Source: Prochlorococcus sp. AG-409-L14
Lineage (GTDB): Bacteria; Cyanobacteriota; Cyanobacteriia; PCC-6307; Cyanobiaceae
Reading direction: 5' to 3'
NCBI GenBank assembly: GCA_003215545.1
Contig: QCKF01000002.1
Location: forward strand, 14,276 to 78,275
Length of the DNA: 64,000 nt
Shown here: positions 21,314-30,175 of the stretch, piece after piece
Numbering within the stretch: position 1 is the first letter of the stretch
Layout: every line of letters begins with the position of its first letter
Notes under the pieces: generated by a model
The model's input: the letters and a program-made list of their open reading frames with translations, nothing else
Databases searched by the model: none
What the model was told of the DNA's origin: nothing
Program-made: the position numbers and the translations under genes

Positions 21314-21860
21314 TATAGCCCCAAGCCGAAATAACAGCAAAAAATAACGAAATCCAGAAAAGATACAAACCAATTTTGTTGATTAACAGTAGAAAATCTT
21401 GATCTCCCCAGATCCCTGGATAAAGCAAGAAAAGAAAGCTGAGAAATTGTGTGGATGTCTTTGCTTTCCCAATTAAAGATGCTTTCCCACCATTCTTTGC
21501 AGAGCCTCTCCAGCTTGTTATAAGTAATTCTCTAGCCATTAAAAGCCAAATTGCCCAAAGAGGAAGAACTTCTATACTTGACAACCAAATTAAAGGAGCT
21601 AAGTAGAGAATTTTGTCTGACAAGGGGTCAAAACGTGCTCCCCAGAGGCTCCCACCTCCTGCTTTTTTTGCGAGCCATCCATCTACTAAATCAGTTGTAC
21701 TCGAAAGAAAAAATAGAGACCAAGCAAGAGATAAGTAGTCTTTTGAAAGGGCGAAAATAAGAGGGAGTCCAGAAATTGCCCTGAAAGTGGTTAATCCATT
21801 AGCTATTATTCTTAGATTGGATTTGCTCAAGGGATTCTTAGCTTGATTCAATAGGTACAT
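21282..21860 (-). CDS. CDP-alcohol phosphatidyltransferase family protein
   Basis: TDLVDGWLA...GARFDPLSDK signature; RE motif; multiple TMs. Confidence 0.9.
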   Translation of the reverse strand: MYLLNQAKNPLSKSNLRIIANGLTTFRAISGLPLIFALSKDYLSLAWSLFFLSSTTDLVDGWLAKKAGGGSLWGARFDPLSDKILYLAPLIWLSSIEVLPLWAIWLLMARELLITSWRGSAKNGGKASLIGKAKTSTQFLSFLFLLYPGIWGDQDFLLLINKIGLYLFWISLFFAVISAWGYIRLGSTNHRS

Positions 21861-22091
21861 ATATATAGGATTCTATAGCTTCATATAACGAGTCAATTAA
21901 CCTTGTAGTCATCCTATTCATAATCGTTAAAAATTTATGTAATGCCATTGATTTCAGTTTTTATGGTTAAAACCGGTAGATTGATTTATGTTGCTTTCTT
22001 CAGTCGTCTCCTAAGCAGCATATTCAAAATTCCTTTTTTGCTCCTACTGAATTTTTATGCGATACTTTTGAAGTGACTTGTTTCTTAAAAA

Positions 22092-22172
22092 ATGACAATC
22101 TTCCTTCTTTTGGTTTTAATGGGATCTTTAGTTTCAATGCTCTACATTGTACGCAGACTTGAAAAAGAGTAG
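22092..22172 (+). CDS. Putative 26-aa single-TM peptide
   Basis: Hand-translated MTIFLLLVLMGSLVSMLYIVRRLEKE*. Confidence 0.4.
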   Translation: MTIFLLLVLMGSLVSMLYIVRRLEKE

Positions 22173-22330
22173 CAGCTTGCCTAATTTATAAATTAAAGAC
22201 TTTGTTTCATATATTCTAAACATCCTCTTTTTAGATAAAAAAAACTTATTTCATTGTTAGTAAATCCTTATTTATATAATTTGAGATTGCCTTCATTGTC
22301 TACTAATCTATTTAAAAATAAGATTATTCA

Positions 22331-22948
22331 GTGGAAACATTAGCCTTAAAGCTACCTCCAGGTGCAGACTTGCGTAAAAGCATCGAGCTGGTCGGGGCTG
22401 AAAAAGCAAAGTCAGGATTTGTATTGGGTGTAGTTGGTAACCTTTCAAAAGCAGTATTTCAGTGTCCAGGCAAGCAGCTCCCAACTGTTTTGGAAGGCAA
22501 CCTAGAAATAATAACGTTGAATGGCACCTTCTCTAATGATGGCAAAGTGCATCTTCATTTGAGCCTTTCAGACGGGGAATGCCAGGTTTGGGGCGGCCAT
22601 TTAGAGCTAGGTACTAAGGTCCTTAAGGGAGCTGACTTACTTTTGGCTTGCATTGGAAGCGAAAATACCCAACTTAAATATGCAACTATTGAAAAGAAGA
22701 ACACACATAGACTTGAATTGGCTGTATTACCAGAATGCCCATGGTCCGAGAAAGCTATAAAGATAATAAGAAGAGAAAATATTCCATGCCTTATAACAAC
22801 AGTTGATAGTGATAGCCTCTCTAGGAATTATATTGATAGAAGCAAGACTTCTACTTTCCCACAAATATTCCTCGATGGAGAATTTTTAGGAGGATTTAAT
22901 GAATTATTCAAATTACATCAATCGGGTAAATTAAAGAGACTTAATTGA
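22331..22948 (+). CDS. PPC/DUF296 domain fused to glutaredoxin domain
   Basis: EIITLNG..HLHLS..GGHL (PPC); CPWS and TFPQIF.DG..LGG (Grx). Confidence 0.85.
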   Translation: METLALKLPPGADLRKSIELVGAEKAKSGFVLGVVGNLSKAVFQCPGKQLPTVLEGNLEIITLNGTFSNDGKVHLHLSLSDGECQVWGGHLELGTKVLKGADLLLACIGSENTQLKYATIEKKNTHRLELAVLPECPWSEKAIKIIRRENIPCLITTVDSDSLSRNYIDRSKTSTFPQIFLDGEFLGGFNELFKLHQSGKLKRLN

Positions 22949-22957
22949 ATTTCACCA

Positions 22958-23173
22958 ATGGATAAAATAAATACTAAATCTTATTGGACTGATAAACCAA
23001 CTTGGTGTCAACCTTGGTCTATTATATTATCAGGTAGTTCTTTTATTGTTTTTATTCAGTATCTCTTTAAATTAATATGGTTAACTTGTCTCTTTTCAGT
23101 ATTAGTAGTGTTCTGGTGGACTTTGTTTCTGTTAATTGCGCCATCTTTATACCAAAGTCAGATTAAGGAATGA
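22958..23173 (+). CDS. Conserved small cyanobacterial membrane protein
   Basis: W..KP.WCQPWSI motif, two TMs. Confidence 0.75.
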   Translation: MDKINTKSYWTDKPTWCQPWSIILSGSSFIVFIQYLFKLIWLTCLFSVLVVFWWTLFLLIAPSLYQSQIKE

Positions 23174-23338
23174 TCTTATAAGCAATAATTTATTTCAGTG
23201 GTATTGATACTTGTATAAGTTTCTCTTTGTGAACTTACAGACATATTCTCTAGTTTATCCCTGATCTCTTTTACTATCTATATTATCACAAAAAAAATTA
23301 ATCTAACAAGTTTTCTCAATGAATTTGAAAATTTTGGC

Positions 23339-24232
23339 ATGTCATCAGAATTTCTCATAAGGCCTTTGATGCCTAAAGATATTCCACTCATTACTTATTG
23401 GTCAAGGATTGAAGGATTTGCTCCAGGATTTGGTGACTTGACCATTTATAGGCATACAGATAGCCAAGGCTTATGGGTTGGATGCATAAATAAAAAACCA
23501 ATTGGATGTATAGCTGGTGTTAGATACAATTCTCTTTATGGGTTCTTAGGGCTTTTTATTGTTGTTAAGGAAGAAAGAGGAAAAGGGTATGGCATAAATC
23601 TTTGGAAACACGCTTTAGAGCATTTGAGTGATATTCCCTGCGTTGGTCTTGAGGCAGCAATTGATCGTGTTGATGATTATTCTCGGTGGGGATTTATACC
23701 ATCATCATTTACTACACGATGGAAAATAGATGCTGATTACTTAGAATATGAGGAACAATTTGATGAAATCTATGGATATGAAGGATTGAGGCTCTTGCTT
23801 GGTAATAAGATTCCAGAAAGTATTGTTCAGGCTTATGACGCTAAAAGAGAACCTAGTCCTAGGCCTCACTTTCTTGCTGATTGGCTTACACACCCTTCAG
23901 GACAAGTCTTAGCATTACTTGGAAGAAACAATAGTTGTCACGGCTTTGGGCGTATTCGGCCCTGTCTTATGCAAGATGGTGAGGATGGTTGGCGTATTGG
24001 ACCTTTGATAGCAGATACACCATACCTTGCTGAATTTCTACTAAGGAGATTAATTTTGAGGCATAAAGGTGAGATTTTGATAGATTCACCAGGAATAAAT
24101 GATAACGCAGGTAGGTTGATGAAGAAACTTAATTTTGACTATGTATCTCAAACCTTGCGTATGTATAAAGGTCACCAACCACCAATTTCGATGAACGATG
24201 TCTATAGTTTAGCTTGTTTGGAACTTGGCTGA
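23339..24232 (+). CDS. GNAT N-acetyltransferase (YitH-like, two domains)
   Basis: RGKGYG..LW acetyl-CoA motif, RIGPL, C-terminal LELG. Confidence 0.85.
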   Translation: MSSEFLIRPLMPKDIPLITYWSRIEGFAPGFGDLTIYRHTDSQGLWVGCINKKPIGCIAGVRYNSLYGFLGLFIVVKEERGKGYGINLWKHALEHLSDIPCVGLEAAIDRVDDYSRWGFIPSSFTTRWKIDADYLEYEEQFDEIYGYEGLRLLLGNKIPESIVQAYDAKREPSPRPHFLADWLTHPSGQVLALLGRNNSCHGFGRIRPCLMQDGEDGWRIGPLIADTPYLAEFLLRRLILRHKGEILIDSPGINDNAGRLMKKLNFDYVSQTLRMYKGHQPPISMNDVYSLACLELG

Positions 24233-24290
24233 TAAATTACTGTTTCTAATATTCAAGAAGAGAATATAAATTTTGTATATGTATCTTCTA

Positions 24291-24494
24291 TTAATTTTGC
24301 TTTATTAATTTTTCCCTTTGTAATAACTTCTCTTTATTTAATTCATCTTCTAGTCCTTGTATGAGTCTAGTTACCAAAGCCTGAAATTCGGGCTGACAAC
24401 CTCTAAATGCTGCCTTATGCCGAATAGGCTCATTCCTTGTTCTTAGATCTGTGAGCATGAGCTGCAATGCATCAATTTTCGCATTGGTTTCCAT
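24291..24494 (-). CDS. Conserved hypothetical protein
   Basis: Helical 67-aa ORF, DLRTRNEPIRHKAAFRGCQPEF. Confidence 0.65.
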   Translation of the reverse strand: METNAKIDALQLMLTDLRTRNEPIRHKAAFRGCQPEFQALVTRLIQGLEDELNKEKLLQREKLIKQN

Positions 24495-24578
24495 GGATTT
24501 ACTCGCTAATATTTATAAGCATATGTGCTTCTGGTATCACTGCCTTATTTGTTTTTGAATTATGAAGAAAATTTTTCT

Positions 24579-24899
24579 TTATAATTGCTCATTTGGAGAT
24601 TTACTTTCTTCCTTTTGAGGTGTAGAACCATAGCATAATGATACTGCCATAGCTTCACGTCCCTCAGCACCGACGTTTCGTAGTGAAGGAATGAATTCAA
24701 GGAACTCATTAGTAGTATTAACACACTGGTTCCAGAGTTTTGCCTTTCTTTCGATAGGCCCAAGTCTTATGGCGATCAAAAGTAGACTAAGAGTACCTAA
24801 TGCTATACATGTTGTTTGGAATATATTGGATAAATCTGATTCTTTAGCAATGTCAAATATTCTCCTGATGTTGATTTTTTCCATTGAAGGCATTTTCAT
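24579..24899 (-). CDS. TM + two-Cys family protein (paralogue 1)
   Basis: TM then LGPI....K.WNQC ... AVSLCYG; aligns by eye with 26076 and 28094 ORFs. Confidence 0.7.
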   Translation of the reverse strand: MKMPSMEKINIRRIFDIAKESDLSNIFQTTCIALGTLSLLLIAIRLGPIERKAKLWNQCVNTTNEFLEFIPSLRNVGAEGREAMAVSLCYGSTPQKEESKSPNEQL

Positions 24900-25063
24900 T
24901 TTAGAATATGCACCATATATAACATATGAACCTCGATCTCTTTGATTATATTTTTGTCCATAGTATACTTATTTTTAACGAACCTGATATGAGCTTTTTA
25001 ATTTTATTTAAATAAAATATAACTAACTATATTTAATCATACTACTGAGGAGAGTTGAAAATT

Positions 25064-25867
25064 TTATTTGTTTGCTGTCAAGGTGACAGACCTGAATTCT
25101 ATATCATCAATAGTCTTCCAAGCATTTTCTGATCTTTCTGATAGTTTTACATTCTTAAATCCTGCCTTGATAAAGTCATTAATAAAGTCCTCTTCTTGCC
25201 ATGCTCCACTTATGCAGCCACTCCATAGATCAGGATCCTTTTGTAAGGCAATCGGCACTATTTTATTACTCACTATATCACTAATAGCAATTCTTCCATT
25301 TGGTTGAAGGACTCTATAAATATTTGCAATAAGTTTATCTCTTTGTGAGTATGTTACAAGATTAAGCACACAATTACTAATTACTATATCTATACTTTTG
25401 CTCTCTATTAAAGGTCTTCCATTATTATTTAGATTATCAAGTGACTCTATAGAACCTTCAAGGAACTGGACATTTAAATATCCGATTTTATTGGCGACTA
25501 TTTTTAAAGCATCCCTTGAGACTTTTAGCATTTCTTTATTGCGATCAATACCTATTACATTTCCTGATTTGCCTGTAACCTGGGCACATATAAAGACATT
25601 TTTGCCAGTTCCACTTCCTAAATCTAAGACTTTATCACCAGGTTTTACCCATTTTGTTGGATCACCGCAACCGTAATCCAGTTCAATCACATTGGCTGGG
25701 ATGGCTCTTAGTAAATTTTGATCAAAACTTACTGGACTGCATAGGCATGCCTCTTTCTCAAGCGCAGCGGCCCCATATCTAATCTCAACTGCTTTTGTTT
25801 GGCCTGGCTCATTTGTGTCCAACCCTAGGAGATCCGAATTCCTTGTGTCGCAGCAATCTTCGTCCAA
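25064..25867 (-). CDS. arsM: Arsenite S-adenosylmethionine methyltransferase-like protein
   Basis: LC, YGCGDP, LDLGSGTG, ISNCVLNL, LWSGCISGA (conserved ArsM Cys set). Confidence 0.75.
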   Translation of the reverse strand: MDEDCCDTRNSDLLGLDTNEPGQTKAVEIRYGAAALEKEACLCSPVSFDQNLLRAIPANVIELDYGCGDPTKWVKPGDKVLDLGSGTGKNVFICAQVTGKSGNVIGIDRNKEMLKVSRDALKIVANKIGYLNVQFLEGSIESLDNLNNNGRPLIESKSIDIVISNCVLNLVTYSQRDKLIANIYRVLQPNGRIAISDIVSNKIVPIALQKDPDLWSGCISGAWQEEDFINDFIKAGFKNVKLSERSENAWKTIDDIEFRSVTLTANK

Positions 25868-26075
25868 ATTAGAAATGGTTTTTAAAATGACACTTTACTA
25901 CTTCTACTTAACCTGATTAACTCACTGATAACATTAGCATCACAGTGGATAGGCGCACTTCACCATTCTCAACTCAATTAAATTAGTTTAATCCTTATTT
26001 CATAGTCATAAATAACTTGTTTATGTAGAATATTTGGTGTAAAACATAGAAGAAGTAAAAACTAGTTATTTCAAA

Positions 26076-26606
26076 GTGATAGACCCTCCAAACCTTATAG
26101 ACACAGAAAAGCAAACTGGAAAGGATGCTTACAAGCGGTTCTCCAAGCAAATAAAAGTTTTTATAGAACTTTTTGGTGATGTTTTAGAGACGTTAAAGTC
26201 AATATTAATAGCAATCTTATCTTTAATTCTTCTTTTATCACAGGACCTTTCAAAGGCCTTTAAGGATTATATGTCTCGCCCTTCAATTACACTATCAAAC
26301 TCACCAAAAATGAATTATACAAATACTCAAAGAATGACCACATCCTCTTCTTCTAATATTCCAGATAAAAAAGAAGACAGACCCAAGTTAGGAAAAGGAG
26401 ATAACAAGGTTAATACGTCTTACTTTTACCCTGTCATGGCAACTCTTAGCACCTTTGCCCTCCTTTGGGGAGGTGTAAGATTAGGACCTATAGCTCAATG
26501 GGCGAAGACTCAAAATCAATGCATAGAGTTGACAACAACAAATGATCCAAATGGTAATACTAATTTGAATACAAAAGTCATGAAATGCAACGGAGGTCAT
26601 GAATAG
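26076..26606 (+). CDS. TM + two-Cys family protein (paralogue 2); real start may be downstream
   Basis: YFYP-TM-LGPIAQWAKTQNQC...KVMKCNGGHE. Confidence 0.65.
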   Translation: MIDPPNLIDTEKQTGKDAYKRFSKQIKVFIELFGDVLETLKSILIAILSLILLLSQDLSKAFKDYMSRPSITLSNSPKMNYTNTQRMTTSSSSNIPDKKEDRPKLGKGDNKVNTSYFYPVMATLSTFALLWGGVRLGPIAQWAKTQNQCIELTTTNDPNGNTNLNTKVMKCNGGHE

Positions 26607-26831
26607 TTGTTTAGTTAGTTATAAAATTTCTTATATGTTCCAAAAAATCACGCAAAGTAAATTCATTATAGATATTCATCGCTTAAGTTTAGCGAGTGTA
26701 TTTATTTGTTTTAGATCAATTGGATAACTCTTAGGGCTAATTACCTAGGTACTTTATTTTTGGTGATTAATCCAGTTTTGGATAGAAAAACGTTGTATAT
26801 CTAACAGGTAACCTTTAAAGAGGTGCAAGTA

Positions 26832-26987
26832 ATGACCGAACTAAAGAAGCGCACTGGGCTAGATGAAAACAAGGATTCATACGATTTTTATTTCGAGTGC
26901 ATCACTGAATGCTCTTGGATAGGTGGTGAGGATGTTGAATGCGTTACACGCTGCAAGGAAAAGCATTTGAATCAAGAACTTCATTAA
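26832..26987 (+). CDS. 51-aa twin-CX3C microprotein
   Basis: Hand-translated MTELKKRTGLDENKDSYDFYFECITECSWIGGEDVECVTRCKEKHLNQELH*; GAGGT SD-like sequence upstream. Confidence 0.75.
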   Translation: MTELKKRTGLDENKDSYDFYFECITECSWIGGEDVECVTRCKEKHLNQELH

Positions 26988-27002
26988 ACCTAAGTTCAAT
27001 AG

Positions 27003-27737
27003 TCATACGAGCAGTTGATCAAACAAATCTCGTATAAAGTTCTTCCTATCTAAAAGACTATTTTCTTGAAATCTTTCTTCTTCTGATAAAAGGATATATT
27101 CACCATTTGGACCTAAACCAGATTTAACAAAATTCAAGTCCTCTTTAATCCATCTTTCAATAGTTCCTTTTGTTGTTTCAACATGGAACTGAATTCCGAA
27201 AATATTTCGTCCTACTTGGAAGAATTGTTCTTTGCAAAATTCTGTACTAGCTAATAACTTTGCTTTTTTGGGTAGAATTATTCTGTCACCATGCCAATGC
27301 AGCGCATAAAAGCCTTTTTGTATATATTTGTCAAAGACCGACTCATCATCATTGGTAGCTTGTATTACTTTACCCCAACCAACTTCTGGGACATTGATGC
27401 CTTCTAGCCCTTTTCTTAATTCTTCTATATTGCCACCACATGTATAAGCTATAAGTTGAGCACCTAGACATACACCTATAATTGCTATGTTATTTTTTAG
27501 AGCATATTTAATTAAATTAATCTCTTTTTGAAGCCATGGATATCTTTTATCATGAATATCATTTAACCCCATAGGACCTCCTAAAATTAAAATAATATCC
27601 TCAGAAGAAGGGTTAGGAAGCATTTCTCCTAGATATATTTTGATAGTTTTGATAACATAATTTTTTTCTATGGCAATTTCTTTAAATAATCCAGGTCCTT
27701 CCCTTTCAACATGTTGCAGTATAAATATATAACGCAT
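27003..27737 (-). CDS. Class I glutamine amidotransferase-like protein
   Basis: QH...EGPG, LGGPM, GVCLGAQ, WHGD, QFHVE. Confidence 0.9.
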   Translation of the reverse strand: MRYIFILQHVEREGPGLFKEIAIEKNYVIKTIKIYLGEMLPNPSSEDIILILGGPMGLNDIHDKRYPWLQKEINLIKYALKNNIAIIGVCLGAQLIAYTCGGNIEELRKGLEGINVPEVGWGKVIQATNDDESVFDKYIQKGFYALHWHGDRIILPKKAKLLASTEFCKEQFFQVGRNIFGIQFHVETTKGTIERWIKEDLNFVKSGLGPNGEYILLSEEERFQENSLLDRKNFIRDLFDQLLV

Positions 27738-27752
27738 TAGATAAGCATTCTT

Positions 27753-27781
27753 TAATTCTAATTCTAATTCTAATTCTAATT
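27753..27781. repeat. (TAATTC)x4 + TAATT hexanucleotide microsatellite
   Basis: Read directly; begins 16 bp upstream of the GATase start codon. Confidence 0.9.
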
Positions 27782-27837
27782 TGTCATGCTCGAATTACTT
27801 TTTAATAATTAGACTAATCTTTATGCCTAAAGTTAAA

Positions 27838-27933
27838 TCAGTTATTTTTTTTGGGCAGTAGTAATAATACAAGTAAAGGAGCGATGCTAATTATTGGTAG
27901 GATTAGTAAAAGGTTTTGATCTGAGGTTTCCAT
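27838..27933 (-). CDS. Putative 31-aa single-TM peptide
   Basis: Hand-translated METSDQNLLLILPIISIAPLLVLLLLPKKNN*. Confidence 0.4.
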   Translation of the reverse strand: METSDQNLLLILPIISIAPLLVLLLLPKKNN

Positions 27934-28093
27934 TTAGAGATTCTATATTTACTAATGTAAGACTTTAGACCTGCCAGAAGCAGAAATTAGCTTAGATAGA
28001 TACAAAGCTCAACTTCTCTGGTTTTGTGGATTTAAAAAAGTATGGCTTCTAAGTACACTTTGATATTATAAAAAAGAAGAGTTATTTATTCTG

Positions 28094-28306
28094 ATGGAGA
28101 TCAAAAAGTTTGTTGGGATTTATTTTTATCCTTTCACTGCAGCAATTAGTACCTTATGCTTAATTACTATTTCTCTTTCTTTGTTGCCAATCGCTAAGTG
28201 GTCTAAAACGCAAAACGATTGCGTTGAAAGGACTTTCAGAGTTGATGGACAAAATAGTGCTGGTATACCTGCGAAGGTATGGAGTTGTAATGGTGGAGGT
28301 GAATAA
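28094..28306 (+). CDS. TM + two-Cys family protein (paralogue 3)
   Basis: YFYP-TM-LLPIAKWSKTQNDC...KVWSCNGGGE. Confidence 0.75.
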   Translation: MEIKKFVGIYFYPFTAAISTLCLITISLSLLPIAKWSKTQNDCVERTFRVDGQNSAGIPAKVWSCNGGGE

Positions 28307-28321
28307 AGAGCCTTGCCAGTA

Positions 28322-28462
28322 CTAACCGAGAATTGTTATTCCACTGTCACTATCTTGGTTAGAAAAATGCTCTGATGCTTGCTGCCTGCTTACTGCTTTA
28401 TTAGCTAGTCTAGCTTTACCTAGCCTTTTTACTAAGCCTGAGAATGCTTTTAAGATAGTCAT
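28322..28462 (-). CDS. Putative 46-aa protein
   Basis: Hand-translated MTILKAFSGLVKRLGKARLANKAVSRQQASEHFSNQDSDSGITILG*; fills gap convergent with 28094 ORF. Confidence 0.5.
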   Translation of the reverse strand: MTILKAFSGLVKRLGKARLANKAVSRQQASEHFSNQDSDSGITILG

Positions 28463-28502
28463 TTAAAAAAAGGTTTCTTTACTATGATGCCGCTATTGGC
28501 AA

Positions 28503-28512
28503 CCCCCCCCCC
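28503..28512. repeat. C10 homopolymer in divergent intergenic region
   Basis: Read directly. Confidence 0.85.
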
Positions 28513-28594
28513 TTAATCAGTATTCTAGTCTTTCACAACAATTCTACGTTGATTTCAGGGCGTCAAATTTGCACTATCTCTAGAAACTTCCTCC

Positions 28595-28879
28595 ATGATC
28601 CACAGGATTTTATTTCTGATTTTCTTTTTCTCCTTATCCTTCTTGATTTTTCATTTGGTTAGAAGGAGGATTAGTACTCTATATTTCAAGATAAATGCAA
28701 ATAATAATATGAATCAATGGTTAAATATGTCTAAGGATCAAAGGAAGAAATCATATGAACGTTATCAAGTTGAGACATCAATTAGAAAGAAATCTCTTCT
28801 TGAGGAAATCAGAAAAGAATACACTAGTATTAAGAATGATAGGACATACAAAGGCAAGCCACCATTCTCACCTTTGTAG
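28595..28879 (+). CDS. Hypothetical protein with N-terminal TM
   Basis: Hydrophobic N-terminus, WLNM...RK..LL..IRKEY. Confidence 0.55.
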   Translation: MIHRILFLIFFFSLSFLIFHLVRRRISTLYFKINANNNMNQWLNMSKDQRKKSYERYQVETSIRKKSLLEEIRKEYTSIKNDRTYKGKPPFSPL

Positions 28880-28910
28880 TTAATAGTTATTTATCCAAAA
28901 CTTATCTTTT

Positions 28911-29285
28911 ATGAGAGGAATGAACTGGCCCCCAAACAAGGCATGGACTAGCACAGACTTGCGTTTAGGTTATAGGCATTTTGTCGCTATTAACTATGGA
29001 GGTAAGGGTAAAGACAGATGGGTGATATTGGCCTCTGTTTTAGAGGCTGACTCCAGACTTAAAGTCTCCTGGAATGAGCTTAATGATAAAGAACGATGGA
29101 ATACTGGTTGGGCACAGCTTCCAAGAGATGAGGCCAATCCAGCATCCAATCTGGAAAAAACATTGAGTGGTATTTCGAATGAGTCTCAGGAATATCTTTG
29201 CTTGCACCCTTCAAGCGATTCTGGACTTTTCATACCTTCTCATGATAAGGAACTTAGGAGATGGTTTATAGAAGAGAACGAGTAA
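28911..29285 (+). CDS. TIGR02450-family Trp-rich protein with C-terminal extension
   Basis: AWTS....GYRHFV, W.EL....W..GW. Confidence 0.8.
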   Translation: MRGMNWPPNKAWTSTDLRLGYRHFVAINYGGKGKDRWVILASVLEADSRLKVSWNELNDKERWNTGWAQLPRDEANPASNLEKTLSGISNESQEYLCLHPSSDSGLFIPSHDKELRRWFIEENE

Positions 29286-29374
29286 GAATTAAGCTAAATG
29301 TTTTTACCATCAATCACAAAAAGGCTTCCAATTTAAAATAGTTGAGTTAAAAATGACTTAGTCTTATAGAGCAA

Positions 29375-29617
29375 ATGGTAACCAAACCTTGGGTTACATC
29401 CAAAAAGGCAAGTGAACTACTTGGTGTGAGTGAACAAACCCTTAATAAATGGCGAGAAGTTGGGTACCTAAAACCTGGAACACATTGGAGGAGTTCCCCT
29501 GGCTTAGGTCAGCAACCTTGGTCCCCTCAAGTTATTTACCATTTATTGTGGTGTAAGGAGAAAATAGAATACTGGCGAATGCATGACGCACCTTTGGATA
29601 AAGCTGAAGCAGCCTGA
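29375..29617 (+). CDS. Small MerR-like/excisionase-like HTH protein
   Basis: ASELLGVSEQTLNKWREVGYLKPGTHW. Confidence 0.75.
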   Translation: MVTKPWVTSKKASELLGVSEQTLNKWREVGYLKPGTHWRSSPGLGQQPWSPQVIYHLLWCKEKIEYWRMHDAPLDKAEAA

Positions 29618-29748
29618 TTTGCTTTTTTATATAACTGCGTATCAATTAAGGATAATTTCTGGTTTTTCTCATTAACCTTTCACCTTCCTATCAGAAGGAC
29701 AGAAAGGTCTATTTACCTATTTAAAGTAGTTAGGCTTGTTTTAAAGAA

Positions 29749-29970
29749 CTAATTAACAAGCCCCTCATCCTTGCATCCTTCTATAGAGCTTTGTAGGACA
29801 GGATAAAGACTTATCATTCGACTGTAAGCCTCTGAACTTCTGTAGCAGGCTGCTTGCTTTCTATAATGATCTTCTGTTGCCATAAGGTTGTTCTTGATGG
29901 ATTCTCCTTCAATTCTGTTGGTTTCCATTTCCCCAAATGCAATGGATTCCCTCTTCTGATAGATGCTCAT
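29749..29970 (-). CDS. Hypothetical protein
   Basis: 73-aa ORF with NtcA box 20 bp upstream. Confidence 0.55.
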   Translation of the reverse strand: MSIYQKRESIAFGEMETNRIEGESIKNNLMATEDHYRKQAACYRSSEAYSRMISLYPVLQSSIEGCKDEGLVN

Positions 29971-29988
29971 TCAGCTTGGTAATCACTT

Positions 29989-30004
29989 TGTAAGAATAAT
30001 TACA
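29989..30004. promoter_or_regulatory. Putative NtcA binding site
   Basis: TGTAagaataatTACA = TGTA-N8-TACA, intergenic. Confidence 0.6.
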
Positions 30005-30148
30005 TAATTCACTTTACGATAGTTGATTTAATGCATTAGCAAGGAGGAGCTTTGCTAATTAACTTGAAACCAATATATTTATAATAAATTTGGAGGATTT
30101 CCCTGGATTCCGAGGATTGCACCCCACTTCTTTGATCCTAAATAAACG

Positions 30149-30175
30149 AAACTAGCTTAAAGGAAGCTAGTTTTT
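30149..30175 (+). terminator. Intrinsic terminator with no upstream plus-strand ORF
   Basis: AAACTAGCTT-aaagg-AAGCTAGTTT then T-run. Confidence 0.65.
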
